From: Gemmatimonadota bacterium
GTDB taxonomy: Bacteria; Gemmatimonadota; Gemmatimonadetes; Longimicrobiales; Gaopeijiaceae
Length of the DNA: 39,336 nt
Assembly: GCA_039589315.1 (NCBI GenBank)
Contig: JBDHHQ010000037.1
Coordinates: 1 to 39,336, forward strand
Direction of reading: 5' to 3'
The translations under genes were made by a program, and so were the position numbers. The notes below the pieces were generated by a model. The model did no database searches, was not told where the DNA came from, and saw only the letters and a program-made list of their open reading frames with translations. This document shows positions 1 to 9,927 of the stretch, piece after piece. Numbering within the stretch: the stretch's first letter is position 1; the number at the start of each line of letters is the position of its first letter.

Positions 1-1
1 G

Positions 2-1696
2 TCCGGCAGCTCGGCCTCTCTCAGCGTCCTGTTCTCGGACGATCACGCCCTGGAGATCCGGTTCAGCGAGGGCACGGTCTACGTGGACGGAGAAGAGGTG
101 GGTGCCTACACCCGGGGCGACGCTTTGGAAGCGTCCTGGCGAGCCCTGCTCGGGCAGGCCGTGGCCCTCGATGACGGTCCACTGGCAGAAGCGCTCGAGG
201 CGTGGTCGCCGCCTGCGGACCTGGATGCGGACGCCGAGAGCTTGGGCGCTCGTATCGATCAAGCCATCGAGGATGCGTTGAGCCCGCCCGAGTCCGAGGT
301 CGCCCAGGACCAGGAGCACGACAGGGATCCCGAGATCACCGTCTCGGCCGATCTGGATCTGGCCCTGCTCAGCTCACTGCTGGGGCGGACCGAACGGTTC
401 ATCGCCCTGTCCGAGGCGTTGGACGGCATGGATCTGGCCCTGGATGACCTCTCCTCCGACGACATCCACCTCCACCTCGGTGAAGAAGTCACCATCGAGG
501 CAGACGAGACGGTGGAGGCCACGCTGATCCTCATCGACAGCGACCTCGACGTGCAGGGACACCTGGACGGGAGCGCGATCATGGTGGGCGGCCTGTTGAC
601 CGTGGGCGAAGACGCGCGGATCGACGGCGAGGTTCACCTGGCCGACGCCCGTGTCGCCCGAGACGGCGGGGTCGTGGAGGGCGGCATCAACCGGATTCGC
701 CCGGAGCGAGAGGTCGTGGACGCCACCGCCCTCTCGGAGCTGCGAGACGAGATCCGCGACGAGATCCGCCGCGAGATCCGCCACGCCGCTCCTGAAGCGG
801 AGTCGCGGCGCTCCGGCGGCGTGCTCGGGGCCTTCCGCCACGTCGGCCGGGGCATCGGCGGCATGATGGAGAACCTGATGACGTTCGCCATCGTCGCCGT
901 GCTGGCCTTCGCGGTGGTCCGGTTCTTCGGCGACAACCTCGAGGTCGTTGCGGCGGCGGCTCGCGAGAATCCGACCCGCGCGGGCATCGTCGGCGTGGCG
1001 GGTGCGTTCCTCCTGGTCCCCGTGTGGGTCCTGGGAATCGTGGCCCTCTGCGTCACCCTGATCGGTATCCCTGTGCTTCTGGCGTGGATCCCCCTCTTCC
1101 CGGTGGCAGCTCTCCTGGCCATGGGCCTGGGCTTCCTGGCGGTGGCCAGCAACCTCGGGGACTGGGTCGCGCGGCAGCAGCTGCAGGGCTTCGATTGGGT
1201 CCGGCGCTCCAACACGCTGTCCATCGTGTTGGCTGGCGTGGCCGCGCTGATCCTCCCGTTCTTCGCCGCGAACTTCATCCAGATGGCCGGGCCGTGGCTG
1301 GGCTTCGTCCGGGGTACGCTTCAGTTCCTCGGTACGGTGGCGGTCCTGATCTGCATGTCCGTCGGCTTCGGCGCCGTGCTGCTGACGCGCGGTGGCCGCC
1401 GTCGCGACTGGGCCCACGCCGACGCCGCTCTCGACGCGGAGGAGGAGCTCTGGGATGACGAGTTCCGGAACGCAACCGTGACAGCAGAGGACGACGAGGG
1501 GGACCCCAGCGGGGCGACGGACGCGAGCGCCGCCGCGGATACGGACAGCGACGAGGGTCCCGCCCAGGCCGCCGCCGAAGCCCAGGTCGAGAGCGTGGGC
1601 GACGCGCAGCCGGAAGCTACGGCGGGTGAGGCTCCGGGCGAGGCGAGTGCCGACGACGGTGAGGACGAAGACGCCGAAGGAGGGACCCGTGGGTAG
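2..1696 (+). CDS. Membrane protein with bactofilin/polymer-forming-cytoskeletal-like beta-repeat region, multi-TM domain and acidic tail (5' truncated)
   Basis: Frame is open from position 2, upstream of the listed GTG at 83. It has V/G/D-rich repeats (LDVQGHLDGSAIMVGGLLTVGEDARIDGEV), about 6 hydrophobic segments and a D/E/A-rich C-terminus. Confidence 0.7.
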   Translation, partial: SGSSASLSVLFSDDHALEIRFSEGTVYVDGEEVGAYTRGDALEASWRALLGQAVALDDGPLAEALEAWSPPADLDADAESLGARIDQAIEDALSPPESEVAQDQEHDRDPEITVSADLDLALLSSLLGRTERFIALSEALDGMDLALDDLSSDDIHLHLGEEVTIEADETVEATLILIDSDLDVQGHLDGSAIMVGGLLTVGEDARIDGEVHLADARVARDGGVVEGGINRIRPEREVVDATALSELRDEIRDEIRREIRHAAPEAESRRSGGVLGAFRHVGRGIGGMMENLMTFAIVAVLAFAVVRFFGDNLEVVAAAARENPTRAGIVGVAGAFLLVPVWVLGIVALCVTLIGIPVLLAWIPLFPVAALLAMGLGFLAVASNLGDWVARQQLQGFDWVRRSNTLSIVLAGVAALILPFFAANFIQMAGPWLGFVRGTLQFLGTVAVLICMSVGFGAVLLTRGGRRRDWAHADAALDAEEELWDDEFRNATVTAEDDEGDPSGATDASAAADTDSDEGPAQAAAEAQVESVGDAQPEATAGEAPGEASADDGEDEDAEGGTRG

Positions 1697-2546
1697 CCGG
1701 CTCACGACGGTACGGGGTGGGACGTTGCTGCTGCTGGTGGCGGCGCTGCTGCCCACCGCCGACCGGGTGGAGGGCCAGAGCTGGCGAACCGTCACCGCCT
1801 CCCGGCAGCTGACGGACGAAAGCTCCCTGGACGTCGAGGTCAAGTACGTGGCCGGAGAGTTCCGGATGCGCCCGAGCGCCGGCGAGGTGCTTTACCGCAT
1901 GGAGCTGCGGTACGACGAGGACGCCTTCGAGCCGGTCAACGAGCTGAAGGGTCGCCGGCTACGCCTGGGGATCGAGGGCGCGAGCGACAACATCCGCGTC
2001 ACCAAAGGCGACGCCGGCAGCCTGGACCTCGACCTGGCGCGGGGCGTACCGATGGACCTCGAGCTCGACTTCGGCGCGGTCAGGGCCGAATTGGATCTCG
2101 GAGGACTGGCGTTGACCGACTTGCGCATGGCCACCGGCGCGTCCGAAACGACGCTGGACGTGTCCAGGCCCAATCCCGTGGCCCTGAGGCTGGCTCGGTT
2201 CCAGGTGGGGGCGGCCCAGTTCGAGGCGACCCGTCTCGGCAACCTGAACGCACGGCGCATCGAGCTGGACGCAGGCGTGGGCGACATCACGCTGGATTTC
2301 GGCGGCACATGGGAGCGTGACGCGGACGTGGGCATCGACATGGGATTGGGGTCTCTCGAGCTCCGTTTTCCGGAGACGCTGGGCGTTCGCCTGACCAAGG
2401 ACTCGTTCCTCTTGAAGCTCGATGCCCCGGAGCTCGTAAAGCGAGGTGAGAGCTACTACTCTCCCAACTGGGACGAAGCGGCGCGCAGGGTGGATGTGGA
2501 TGTGGACGCCGCATTGGGGAAGCTCACGGTCACACTGACGCGCTGA
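1689..2546 (+). CDS. Exported beta-solenoid protein, toast-rack/LiaF (DUF2154)-like
   Basis: GTG at 1689 follows GAAGGAGG and overlaps the upstream stop. Signal-peptide-like N-terminus, then repeated 'L-x-L-D-x-G-x-G-x-x-x-L-D-L/F' units. Confidence 0.65.
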   Translation: MGSRLTTVRGGTLLLLVAALLPTADRVEGQSWRTVTASRQLTDESSLDVEVKYVAGEFRMRPSAGEVLYRMELRYDEDAFEPVNELKGRRLRLGIEGASDNIRVTKGDAGSLDLDLARGVPMDLELDFGAVRAELDLGGLALTDLRMATGASETTLDVSRPNPVALRLARFQVGAAQFEATRLGNLNARRIELDAGVGDITLDFGGTWERDADVGIDMGLGSLELRFPETLGVRLTKDSFLLKLDAPELVKRGESYYSPNWDEAARRVDVDVDAALGKLTVTLTR

Positions 2547-2608
2547 GGGCCAGCGCGAGGTGTCGGATCGGTTCGTAGGCGGTCTCGACCGGCCAGGAGA
2601 ATAGAAAG

Positions 2609-2842
2609 ATGATCGGCGCTCTTCTCAGCTTCTTCGCCCTCGGGTTGGTGACCTTGATCGTGGCAGGCGTCGTCCTCGCCGTGGTCGGCACCGTGTTTAC
2701 GATCGCCTTCGCCCTGATCCCGCTCGTGCTGAAGATCGGCGTCATCATGCTCATTGGCTGGGGAGTCCTGAAGGCCATCGACAGCCGGAGCAGTCGCCGG
2801 CTGTCGGCCGCCGACCGCCAGTGGCTGGAGAAGGGAGACTAG
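2609..2842 (+). CDS. Small two-TM membrane protein (77 aa)
   Basis: AGGAG upstream of the ATG; long hydrophobic hairpin plus a short charged tail; third gene of the + strand cluster. Confidence 0.7.
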   Translation: MIGALLSFFALGLVTLIVAGVVLAVVGTVFTIAFALIPLVLKIGVIMLIGWGVLKAIDSRSSRRLSAADRQWLEKGD

Positions 2843-3057
2843 CCGGTCGGCCGCCAGGCCACCGCCTCCACCAGGTCGTCGACAAGGGACGAATCGCCCC
2901 CGATCATTGCCCCGAGGGACGTGGCGCCTCGGTCGCTGAGGGAGACGCCCGCCCGACGGAGCGCCGGCAGCGTCTCGGGATAGTCGCGCACGGTCACGTG
3001 GAGGGGGCGAGACAGCAGCTCCGCTCGCGATGGGCGTAGCCCGAAGCTCGGCTTCAT
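2839..3057 (-). CDS. Small protein (72 aa), DUF1858/ScdA-N-like
   Basis: ATG overlaps the apbC stop (ATGA). 'PLHVTVRDYPETLPALRRAGV' resembles the DUF1858 'I..IV..YPE....L...G' pattern. Confidence 0.55.
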   Translation of the reverse strand: MKPSFGLRPSRAELLSRPLHVTVRDYPETLPALRRAGVSLSDRGATSLGAMIGGDSSLVDDLVEAVAWRPTG

Positions 3058-4178
3058 TTCGCCTCCGCGACGGCCCCCAGAGCTTCCAGCAACCCGCCGG
3101 CCACCTCGTCCAGTGCACGACCCGCTGGCGAATTGGGCGCGGACACCACCGTCGGCACACCTTCGTCGCCGGCGGTGCGTACCGCGGTGTCCAACGGAAC
3201 CCGCCCCAGGAACGGAATCGACATCTCGCGGGCCAGACGTTCCCCACCCCCGTGTCCGAAGATGTCCACCGACTCGCCGCAATGGGGACACTGATGCCCC
3301 GCCATGTTCTCCACGATGCCCAGTACCCGGGTGTTCACCCGCTCGAACATGCGAATGGCGCGCCGCACGTCGCCGACCGAGACGTCCTGGGGGGTCGTGA
3401 CCATCACCGCGCCCTCCAGGTCGATGGTCTGGACCAGGGAGAGCTGCGCGTCGCCCGTGCCGGGTGGCATGTCGACCAGCAACAGATCGAGCGGTCCCCA
3501 GGCCACCTGCTCGATGAACTGTCGCAGGATTCCCGAGATGAGGGGCCCCCGCATGATGGCGGGCTGCTCCTTCTCCAGCAGGAAGCCGAGGCTCATCAGC
3601 CGGACTCCGTGTGCGCGCAGCGGCTCGATGAGCTCCTTGCCTTTCGGGCCGGTAACGCTGGGCCTGCGGTCCTCGCCGAACATCAGGGGGATGTCCGGAC
3701 CATAGATGTCCGCGTCCAGGAGACCGACGCTGAGCCCCCGGGCGTGGGCGGCGGCCGCCAGGTTGCTGGCGGTCATGGACTTGCCCACACCGCCCTTGCC
3801 GGAGCTGATGGCCACGACGTGGCGTACGTCCGGGAGGATTCCCGGGCGGGGCGTCGGAGCGGGCACCGACCCCGGCGCCAAACCCCTGGCGGGAGGTGCG
3901 GTGGGAGCCGCCGCAGGGCTCGGCGCTCCGGCCTGCGGCAGCCGAACGTTGAGCTTGACCGACGAAACGCCGGCCACGGCCTCCACGGCACTGCGGGCCT
4001 TTCGAACCAGGCTGCTCGGATCCTCGGGACGAAGCACGAAGGAGAAGCGCACCTCACCGTCAGGACCCACCTCCAGATTCTGGACGTGGCCGGCGGACAG
4101 GAGGTCCGTGCCAGAGGGATCGTGGGGAATGCCGGAGAGGGCGCTCTCTACGGATTGTCTGAGCGCTTCAGTGCTCAT
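3054..4178 (-). CDS. apbC: Mrp/NBP35 (ApbC) Fe-S cluster carrier ATPase with N-terminal DUF59-like domain
   Basis: Deviant Walker A SGKGGVGKS, DADIYGP, DMPPGTGD, VTTPQ and ENM..CPHC motifs. Confidence 0.95.
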   Translation of the reverse strand: MSTEALRQSVESALSGIPHDPSGTDLLSAGHVQNLEVGPDGEVRFSFVLRPEDPSSLVRKARSAVEAVAGVSSVKLNVRLPQAGAPSPAAAPTAPPARGLAPGSVPAPTPRPGILPDVRHVVAISSGKGGVGKSMTASNLAAAAHARGLSVGLLDADIYGPDIPLMFGEDRRPSVTGPKGKELIEPLRAHGVRLMSLGFLLEKEQPAIMRGPLISGILRQFIEQVAWGPLDLLLVDMPPGTGDAQLSLVQTIDLEGAVMVTTPQDVSVGDVRRAIRMFERVNTRVLGIVENMAGHQCPHCGESVDIFGHGGGERLAREMSIPFLGRVPLDTAVRTAGDEGVPTVVSAPNSPAGRALDEVAGGLLEALGAVAEAK

Positions 4179-4241
4179 GGTTCCTTTCGCCGGAATCGGT
4201 TGGCGTTCGCGGTGCGCGCTGCAGGAGAGGTTCGGCAGAGT

Positions 4242-4277
4242 AAAGAAAAGGCGCTCTCCTCGGAGAGGTAGAGCGCT
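4242..4277 (-). terminator. Intrinsic terminator between the NifU-like gene and apbC
   Basis: Minus strand reads GCGCTCT-A-CCTC-TCC-GAGG-AGAGCGC (hairpin) followed by CTTTTCTTTA. Confidence 0.65.
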
Positions 4278-4301
4278 CGGCCACCGACGGGGGAGCGACG
4301 G

Positions 4302-4532
4302 TCAAACGGCCAGAACCTCGGTGACGCTGGGCACGTTGCTCTTGATCCGCTTCTCGAGCCCTTCCTTGAGCGTCATCATCGAGATCGGACACGACTCGCA
4401 CGCTCCCATGAGGCGGACCTGGACCACACCGGCCTGCTCGTTGAAGTCCAGAAACTCCACGTCCCCGCCGTCCGCCTGGACGTAGGGGCGGAGGCTGTCG
4501 ATCACCTCGACGATCTTCTCCTGGCTCGTCAT
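4302..4532 (-). CDS. NifU C-terminal/Nfu-type Fe-S scaffold protein
   Basis: LRPYVQADGGDVE and GACESC motifs. ATG at 4532 lies downstream of GGAGGAG; GTG at 4544 is an alternative start. Confidence 0.92.
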   Translation of the reverse strand: MTSQEKIVEVIDSLRPYVQADGGDVEFLDFNEQAGVVQVRLMGACESCPISMMTLKEGLEKRIKSNVPSVTEVLAV

Positions 4533-4585
4533 GCCGTCCGGCACTCCTCCGGCGCAGGCCCGGTGCTTTCCGTGCCTTCTTGAGA

Positions 4586-4614
4586 AGTATAGTCATTCTT
4601 GATAAGGGGTTCAA
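4586..4614 (-). promoter_or_regulatory. Sigma70-type promoter for the Nfu/apbC locus
   Basis: Minus strand TTGAAC-N17-TATACT about 55 nt upstream of the start, in an AT-rich patch. Confidence 0.7.
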
Positions 4615-4807
4615 CGTGGGAAAGACCGGCCTTCGGTACACCTGGCGCGCGGTGGCGGGGCACGCTTGCCACCGCCCCGTTCTCCTAACAGATTCCGGGC
4701 CGCCGTGCTTCTCCGGACCCTCCGACTCGGCCCATGCGCCACCCGCTCGGGGAGCCTCCCGGATGGACGTGGCCTCCGTCATCCGATCCCCGAATCCAAT
4801 CGGTGCC

Positions 4808-6433
4808 ATGCACGCATTGCCCAAAGTCCCCGCGCCCGAGAACGAGCCCGTTTGTGACTACGCGCCCGGCGACCCGGCGCGGGAGGAGTTGAGGGCCAAG
4901 CTCGCCGAGCTCTCCGGTACCGAGATCGAGATCCCCCTCATCATCGGAGGCCAGGAGGTCCGCACCGGCCGCATGGCGGACGGCATTGTCCCCCACGACC
5001 ACGGCCATCGGATCGCCCGCTGGCACCTGGCCGGCGAGGAGGAGGCCCGGGCCGCCATGGACGCGGCCGTGGCCGCCCAGAAGGAGTGGGGCAGCTGGCC
5101 GTGGCAGGAGAGGGTCTCCGTGTTTCTCCGGGCTGCCCAGCTGATCACCGATCGGTATCGACCCACGCTCAACGCCGCCACCATGCTCGGCCAGAGCAAG
5201 ACCGCCCACCAGGCGGAGATCGATGCTTCGGCCGAGCTCGCGGACTTCTTCCGATTCAACGCGCACTTCGCCCAGACCATCTACGAGTGGCAACCGGCCG
5301 CGGCACCCGGGATGTGGAACTGGCTGGACTATCGGCCCCTCGAAGGCTTCGTGTACGCGATATCGCCATTCAACTTCACGTCGATCGGCGGCAACCTCTC
5401 GGGCGCCCCGGCCCTGATGGGGTGCGGGGTGATCTGGAAGCCGTCGCACAGTGCGGTGTACAGCAACTATTTCATCGCGAAGATCTTCGAGGAGGCGGGC
5501 ATGCCGCCCGGGGTCATCAACTTCCTGCCGGGGCCCGCCCCGATGATATCGGAGCTGGCCTTCTCTCATCCGGGCTTCGCCGGAGTCCACTTCACGGGCT
5601 CTACCAACGTGTTCCAGGGAATCTGGTCGAAGGTCGGACAGAATATCTCCAGATACGGCGGATACCCGCGCTTGGTGGGCGAAACCGGCGGGAAAGACTT
5701 CCTCATCGCCCATGCCTCGGCGGACTCGGAGGCGGTCGTCACGGCCATCGTACGCGGGGGCTTCGAGTACCAGGGCCAGAAGTGCAGCGCGTTGTCCCGG
5801 GCGTACATCCCGGAGAGCATGTGGGCCGAGATCGAGCAGCCGCTGCTGGAGCAGACCGAAGGGATCGCCATGGGCGACCCCACGAAGTTCACCAACTTCA
5901 TGGGCGCGGTGATCCACCAGCAGGCCTTCGCCAAGATCACCGGCTACATCGAGGACGCCAGGGCTTCGGACGACGCGGAGATCATCGCCGGCGGCCAGTC
6001 CGACGACAGCGAGGGCTACTTCATCCGGCCGACGATCATCCGGGCCCACCGCCCCGACTACGTCTCCATGTGCGACGAGATCTTCGGACCGGTAGTGACC
6101 GTGTACGTCTACCCCGATGGTGAGTTCAGCGAAACGCTGCAGCTGGTCGACCGGACCTCGGCGTACGCCCTCACGGGTGCGATCTTCGCCGACGACCGCA
6201 GGGCGGTCATGGAGGCCCACCGGGTCCTTCGGTTTGCCGCGGGCAACTTCTACGTCAACGACAAGCCGACCGGGGCGGTGGTCGGGCAGCAGCCCTTCGG
6301 CGGCGGCCGGGCCAGCGGCACCAACGACAAGGCAGGCTCGATCTTCAACCTGCTCAGGTGGATCTCGCCCCGAACCGTCAAGGAGACGTTCGTTCCGTCA
6401 AGGGACTACCGATACCCCTTCATGGCCGAGTAG
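4808..6433 (+). CDS. pruA: L-glutamate gamma-semialdehyde (P5C) dehydrogenase
   Basis: NEPV, PFNFT, FTGST, GETGGK, GQKCSA (catalytic Cys), EIFGP and PFGG.RASGTNDKAG motifs. Confidence 0.95.
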   Translation: MHALPKVPAPENEPVCDYAPGDPAREELRAKLAELSGTEIEIPLIIGGQEVRTGRMADGIVPHDHGHRIARWHLAGEEEARAAMDAAVAAQKEWGSWPWQERVSVFLRAAQLITDRYRPTLNAATMLGQSKTAHQAEIDASAELADFFRFNAHFAQTIYEWQPAAAPGMWNWLDYRPLEGFVYAISPFNFTSIGGNLSGAPALMGCGVIWKPSHSAVYSNYFIAKIFEEAGMPPGVINFLPGPAPMISELAFSHPGFAGVHFTGSTNVFQGIWSKVGQNISRYGGYPRLVGETGGKDFLIAHASADSEAVVTAIVRGGFEYQGQKCSALSRAYIPESMWAEIEQPLLEQTEGIAMGDPTKFTNFMGAVIHQQAFAKITGYIEDARASDDAEIIAGGQSDDSEGYFIRPTIIRAHRPDYVSMCDEIFGPVVTVYVYPDGEFSETLQLVDRTSAYALTGAIFADDRRAVMEAHRVLRFAAGNFYVNDKPTGAVVGQQPFGGGRASGTNDKAGSIFNLLRWISPRTVKETFVPSRDYRYPFMAE

Positions 6434-6518
6434 CCAGCCACCCCGACGACGCCCAGGGCCCTGCGCCACGAGGCCCCGGGCGACGGCTCCACCCGGCGAC
6501 AGGGAAGCCCTTTACCCG

Positions 6519-7508
6519 ATGATCCGGCGGATTGTGGTCTCCCGCCTGCGCCACCTGGGCGACGTGATCCTGACCACGCCCATACTCGAGGCGCTCGGGG
6601 AAGCCTACCCGGACGCGGCGCTCGAATACCTGACCGAGGAGGCCTTCGCGCCGGTCCTCGAGCGCCATCCTCGCGTGGACCGGATCCTGACGCTACCGAC
6701 CGGAGCGGGGGTCCGGGACACCTTGCGAACCGTGCGGGCCCTGCGGCGTCCACGGGTGGATTGGTTCTTCGACCTGTTCGCGGGTCCGCGGTCCGCGCTT
6801 CTCGTTCGTCTCTCCAGCCCAAAGCACTCCGTGGGGACGACACGAGGCATTCGATCCTGGGTGTTCACGCACCGCAGAGTGGATCCGGGCGGCTCCCAGA
6901 TCGCCCTTCACCTGGACAAGCTGGTGCCCCTGCTGGGGCCCACCCCCGAGCGGCCGCCCCGCATCTACGTCACGGAGGCGGAGCGGCACACGGCCCGCAC
7001 GCGGTACGGACTGGATGCGGGTCGGGACGAGATCTTCCTGCACCCAGGCGCTTCTTGGCCCTCGCGCGAGTGGCCCCCGGACCGCTGGCCTCGTCTCGTG
7101 TCCCTCCTCCAGGAGCACCAGCCCGGTTGCCGTATCCACGTCGTGACCTCGCCCGGAGCCGAGGGTGTTGCCCACGGTTTGGTCTCCCGCTGCCAGGGAG
7201 AGGTGACGGCCCTGCCGGCCATGGGTCTCAGGGACCTCTTCTCCGTCTTGAGCTGGGGACGCCTCTACGTAGGAAACGATGGCGGCGTGCTTCACGCCGC
7301 CGTCGCCCTGAGCGTCCCGACGGTGGCCTTGATCGGCGGCGAGAACCACCCGGCGGTGTGGTTTCCGTATGCCCATCTGGGCCCCTACCGGGCGGTCCGA
7401 AGGGTGTCCACCCGCACCGTCACCGGTCCGCGGGGGCGAGAGGTGGGCCCACCGGACGCGGATCCCGCCGCAGTGATGGAGGCCGTCCGGGCAGTGCTCC
7501 CGTCCTGA
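6519..7508 (+). CDS. Glycosyltransferase family 9 (LPS heptosyltransferase-like)
   Basis: LRHLGDVILTTP, HPGA...REWP and GNDGGVLHAAVAL motifs. Confidence 0.9.
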   Translation: MIRRIVVSRLRHLGDVILTTPILEALGEAYPDAALEYLTEEAFAPVLERHPRVDRILTLPTGAGVRDTLRTVRALRRPRVDWFFDLFAGPRSALLVRLSSPKHSVGTTRGIRSWVFTHRRVDPGGSQIALHLDKLVPLLGPTPERPPRIYVTEAERHTARTRYGLDAGRDEIFLHPGASWPSREWPPDRWPRLVSLLQEHQPGCRIHVVTSPGAEGVAHGLVSRCQGEVTALPAMGLRDLFSVLSWGRLYVGNDGGVLHAAVALSVPTVALIGGENHPAVWFPYAHLGPYRAVRRVSTRTVTGPRGREVGPPDADPAAVMEAVRAVLPS

Positions 7509-7549
7509 GAGCCGTACCCGCTGGCGCCGGTGAGGATGAGCCCTGGCGC

Positions 7550-9913
7550 CTAGCCCTCCGGGACCAGACGGAAGCGACTCACGGTTCGGGCTTCCACCGC
7601 CTCCCGGGCAAGCGGCAAGCGCCAGAGCTCGCCACGCTGCCAACGCTCCAGCTGATCCCAGCTGTGGGGATGGTCCGGCAGCCCCGACTGTCCGCCCGGG
7701 AGCATGAAGCCCCCCGTTCCGTCCGGGTCCGCCATATCCACCACGTGACGCTGGCTGGGGCCGTGGGTGACGCGAAATGGGGGCCGAGACCCGCTGTAGC
7801 CGGCGACGTTCACCGCGTGCGGTGAGCCTTCCCGGGGGAGCGGGCCCTTCCCGAAGCCCAGGAGCGAGCTCGCCACCGGCACACCGGCCAGCGGGTGGCC
7901 GAGTGTGAGCTGGTGCGCTTCGCCCCACGGCACGGAAGGCTGCCCCAGCGCCTCCACGGCCGCCGCTCTGGCGAGCTCCGCGCTCTCCGGTACGGCTCCG
8001 TCGAGCGCCCGGGCCACCGCCCTCATGGGCATGTAGCCGCGGTCCTCGCCGTAGGCGTCGCGGCGCAGCGAAGCTCGAACGTGCTCGATCCAGCTGAAGA
8101 AGACCGTCGCTTCGCGGCTGTCTTGCCGTGCCTCACCATCCCAGGCCTCCAGGGCTTCGGCCACCGAATCCGCCCCGGCTGCCCGGAAGGCCTGGGCGGC
8201 CTCAGACCGGTATCGCTCCACAAAAGCGCTCCGGACGTCCATCTGTATCGTGCGCATCGATTCCGCGTCGTGGAGGGCGGTGGCCTCGATGAGCTCGGAG
8301 ATCCGCTGCGCCCGGTACGGTGACGCCCACGTCCCGTCGGTGATGCGCTCCGAAGCGGGCGACCAGCTCTGCCGGTTGTTCGCGGTGGCGACGTAGCCCT
8401 TTGAGGGGCTCAGAACGTGCGGATGCTCGTTGAAGGGCAGCCATCCCTCCCAGTCGTGGTCGCTCGTCCAACCAGGGACGGGGAGGTAGGGCGGCGTTCC
8501 GCTGCGCCGTAGCGGAACCCGGCCGACCATCCAGTATCCCCACGCACCGGCGGTGTCCGCGAACACGACGTTCTGGTGAGGATTCGAGAAGCCCTCCAGC
8601 GCCGCGACGAATTCCGCTGCCGTGGCCGCCGTGTTCATCTCCTGGAGCGCCTGGGCGGTCGTGGCCGGGTGGTGGGCGACCCACGAGAAGGCCAGTAGGT
8701 CGTCGCCGGCTCGGGATTCCACCGGAGTGATGATGGGCCCATGCCGGGTCTCACGGACGATCAATGTGTCGGTTCCACCGTCCTTCGTCTGGATCAGCTC
8801 GCGACGCACACGGAACGGCTCGGATCCGTCAGGCGTCAGGTAGCGGGAGGAATCGGCGGGATCCAGGCGCTCCAAGAAGAAGTCCGAATCGTCCACCGTG
8901 GCGTTCGTGAATCCCCACGCCACGGCCCGGCTGTGGCCGGCCACGACGCCGGGAGTACCGGGCAGGCTCATTCCCACCACATCCATGCCCGGCGCGTGCA
9001 AACCGACCAGATACCAGATGTTGGGATGGTTGAGCCCCAGGTGCATGTCGTTGGCCAGCAGGGGCTTCCCGGATCGACTCCGCCCCCCGCCCAGGACCCA
9101 GGAGTTGGACGCCCGGACCGTGCTGGCGGCGTCGAGGACGGTCCGGGCCAACTCCGGGAGCTCCGCCGCGGCCAGCAGAATCGCGGACGCCCGGTCGACG
9201 GACGCCAGCTCCTCCGAGGGGCGGTGGCTTCCGTCCGCCGTAGGCGGAGCGTCGCCCAGGATCGTGACACCCCACTCGGGATACTCGGGCCGCACCAACG
9301 CCCAATCCTCCTCGGACAGGGACTGCCGGGCGCGAGCCAGGGTCAGGCTCGTGCCGTACTCGGCCAGGTCCCAGGCCATGATCTTCTCCATGGCCGTGCT
9401 GCTCTGGGGTGACCAGTCGCCGGGTCGCGCCCGCAGGAGAACGAGCTCGGGTGGCAGCGGACCGCGCCAGCCCGCCACCGCCGCGCTCACCCCCCGGCTA
9501 TAGGCTTCCAATCCCCGCCGGGTCCCGGCGTCGACCGCCTGAAGGGAACGCTCGGCCGCCTGGACCAGGCCCAACGTGCGGAGGAAGCGGTCGGCGGGCA
9601 GGGCGGCCTCGCCCATGATCTCGCTCAGGGTGCCGGTGGCGGTCCTCCGGAACAGCTCCATCTGCCAGAGGCGATCCGAGGCGTGGAGGTAGCCCTGGGC
9701 GTAGAGCGCATCCTCCACGGTCTCGGCCCAGATGTGCGGAACGCCCAGAGAGTCCCGGAGCACCTCCACCGGGCCGTGGATGCCCGCCACGACCACGTCT
9801 GCGGTACGGGGACCCGGACCGGAGCGGAGCTCGTGCACATACCAGGTCGCGGCAGCGGCTGCCGCGACCAGCAGGATCGCGGCGCCCTTCAAGAACCGCT
9901 TCAAGGTGTCCAC
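7550..9913 (-). CDS. Penicillin acylase family Ntn-hydrolase (membrane-anchored or exported)
   Basis: N-terminal TM, RD..GVPHI, GY.HA.DRLWQME, beta-chain start SNSW, LLANDMHL and ATANN. The real start is likely GTG 9913 rather than 10708. Confidence 0.92.
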   Translation of the reverse strand: MDTLKRFLKGAAILLVAAAAAATWYVHELRSGPGPRTADVVVAGIHGPVEVLRDSLGVPHIWAETVEDALYAQGYLHASDRLWQMELFRRTATGTLSEIMGEAALPADRFLRTLGLVQAAERSLQAVDAGTRRGLEAYSRGVSAAVAGWRGPLPPELVLLRARPGDWSPQSSTAMEKIMAWDLAEYGTSLTLARARQSLSEEDWALVRPEYPEWGVTILGDAPPTADGSHRPSEELASVDRASAILLAAAELPELARTVLDAASTVRASNSWVLGGGRSRSGKPLLANDMHLGLNHPNIWYLVGLHAPGMDVVGMSLPGTPGVVAGHSRAVAWGFTNATVDDSDFFLERLDPADSSRYLTPDGSEPFRVRRELIQTKDGGTDTLIVRETRHGPIITPVESRAGDDLLAFSWVAHHPATTAQALQEMNTAATAAEFVAALEGFSNPHQNVVFADTAGAWGYWMVGRVPLRRSGTPPYLPVPGWTSDHDWEGWLPFNEHPHVLSPSKGYVATANNRQSWSPASERITDGTWASPYRAQRISELIEATALHDAESMRTIQMDVRSAFVERYRSEAAQAFRAAGADSVAEALEAWDGEARQDSREATVFFSWIEHVRASLRRDAYGEDRGYMPMRAVARALDGAVPESAELARAAAVEALGQPSVPWGEAHQLTLGHPLAGVPVASSLLGFGKGPLPREGSPHAVNVAGYSGSRPPFRVTHGPSQRHVVDMADPDGTGGFMLPGGQSGLPDHPHSWDQLERWQRGELWRLPLAREAVEARTVSRFRLVPEG

Positions 9914-9927
9914 CCCACTGCGATGCC

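Noticed and set aside
4220..4280. Glycine-riboswitch-like GGAGAG/CTCTC pairing
   Set aside because: Wrong context, other aptamer motifs are missing, and an intrinsic terminator explains the pairing.
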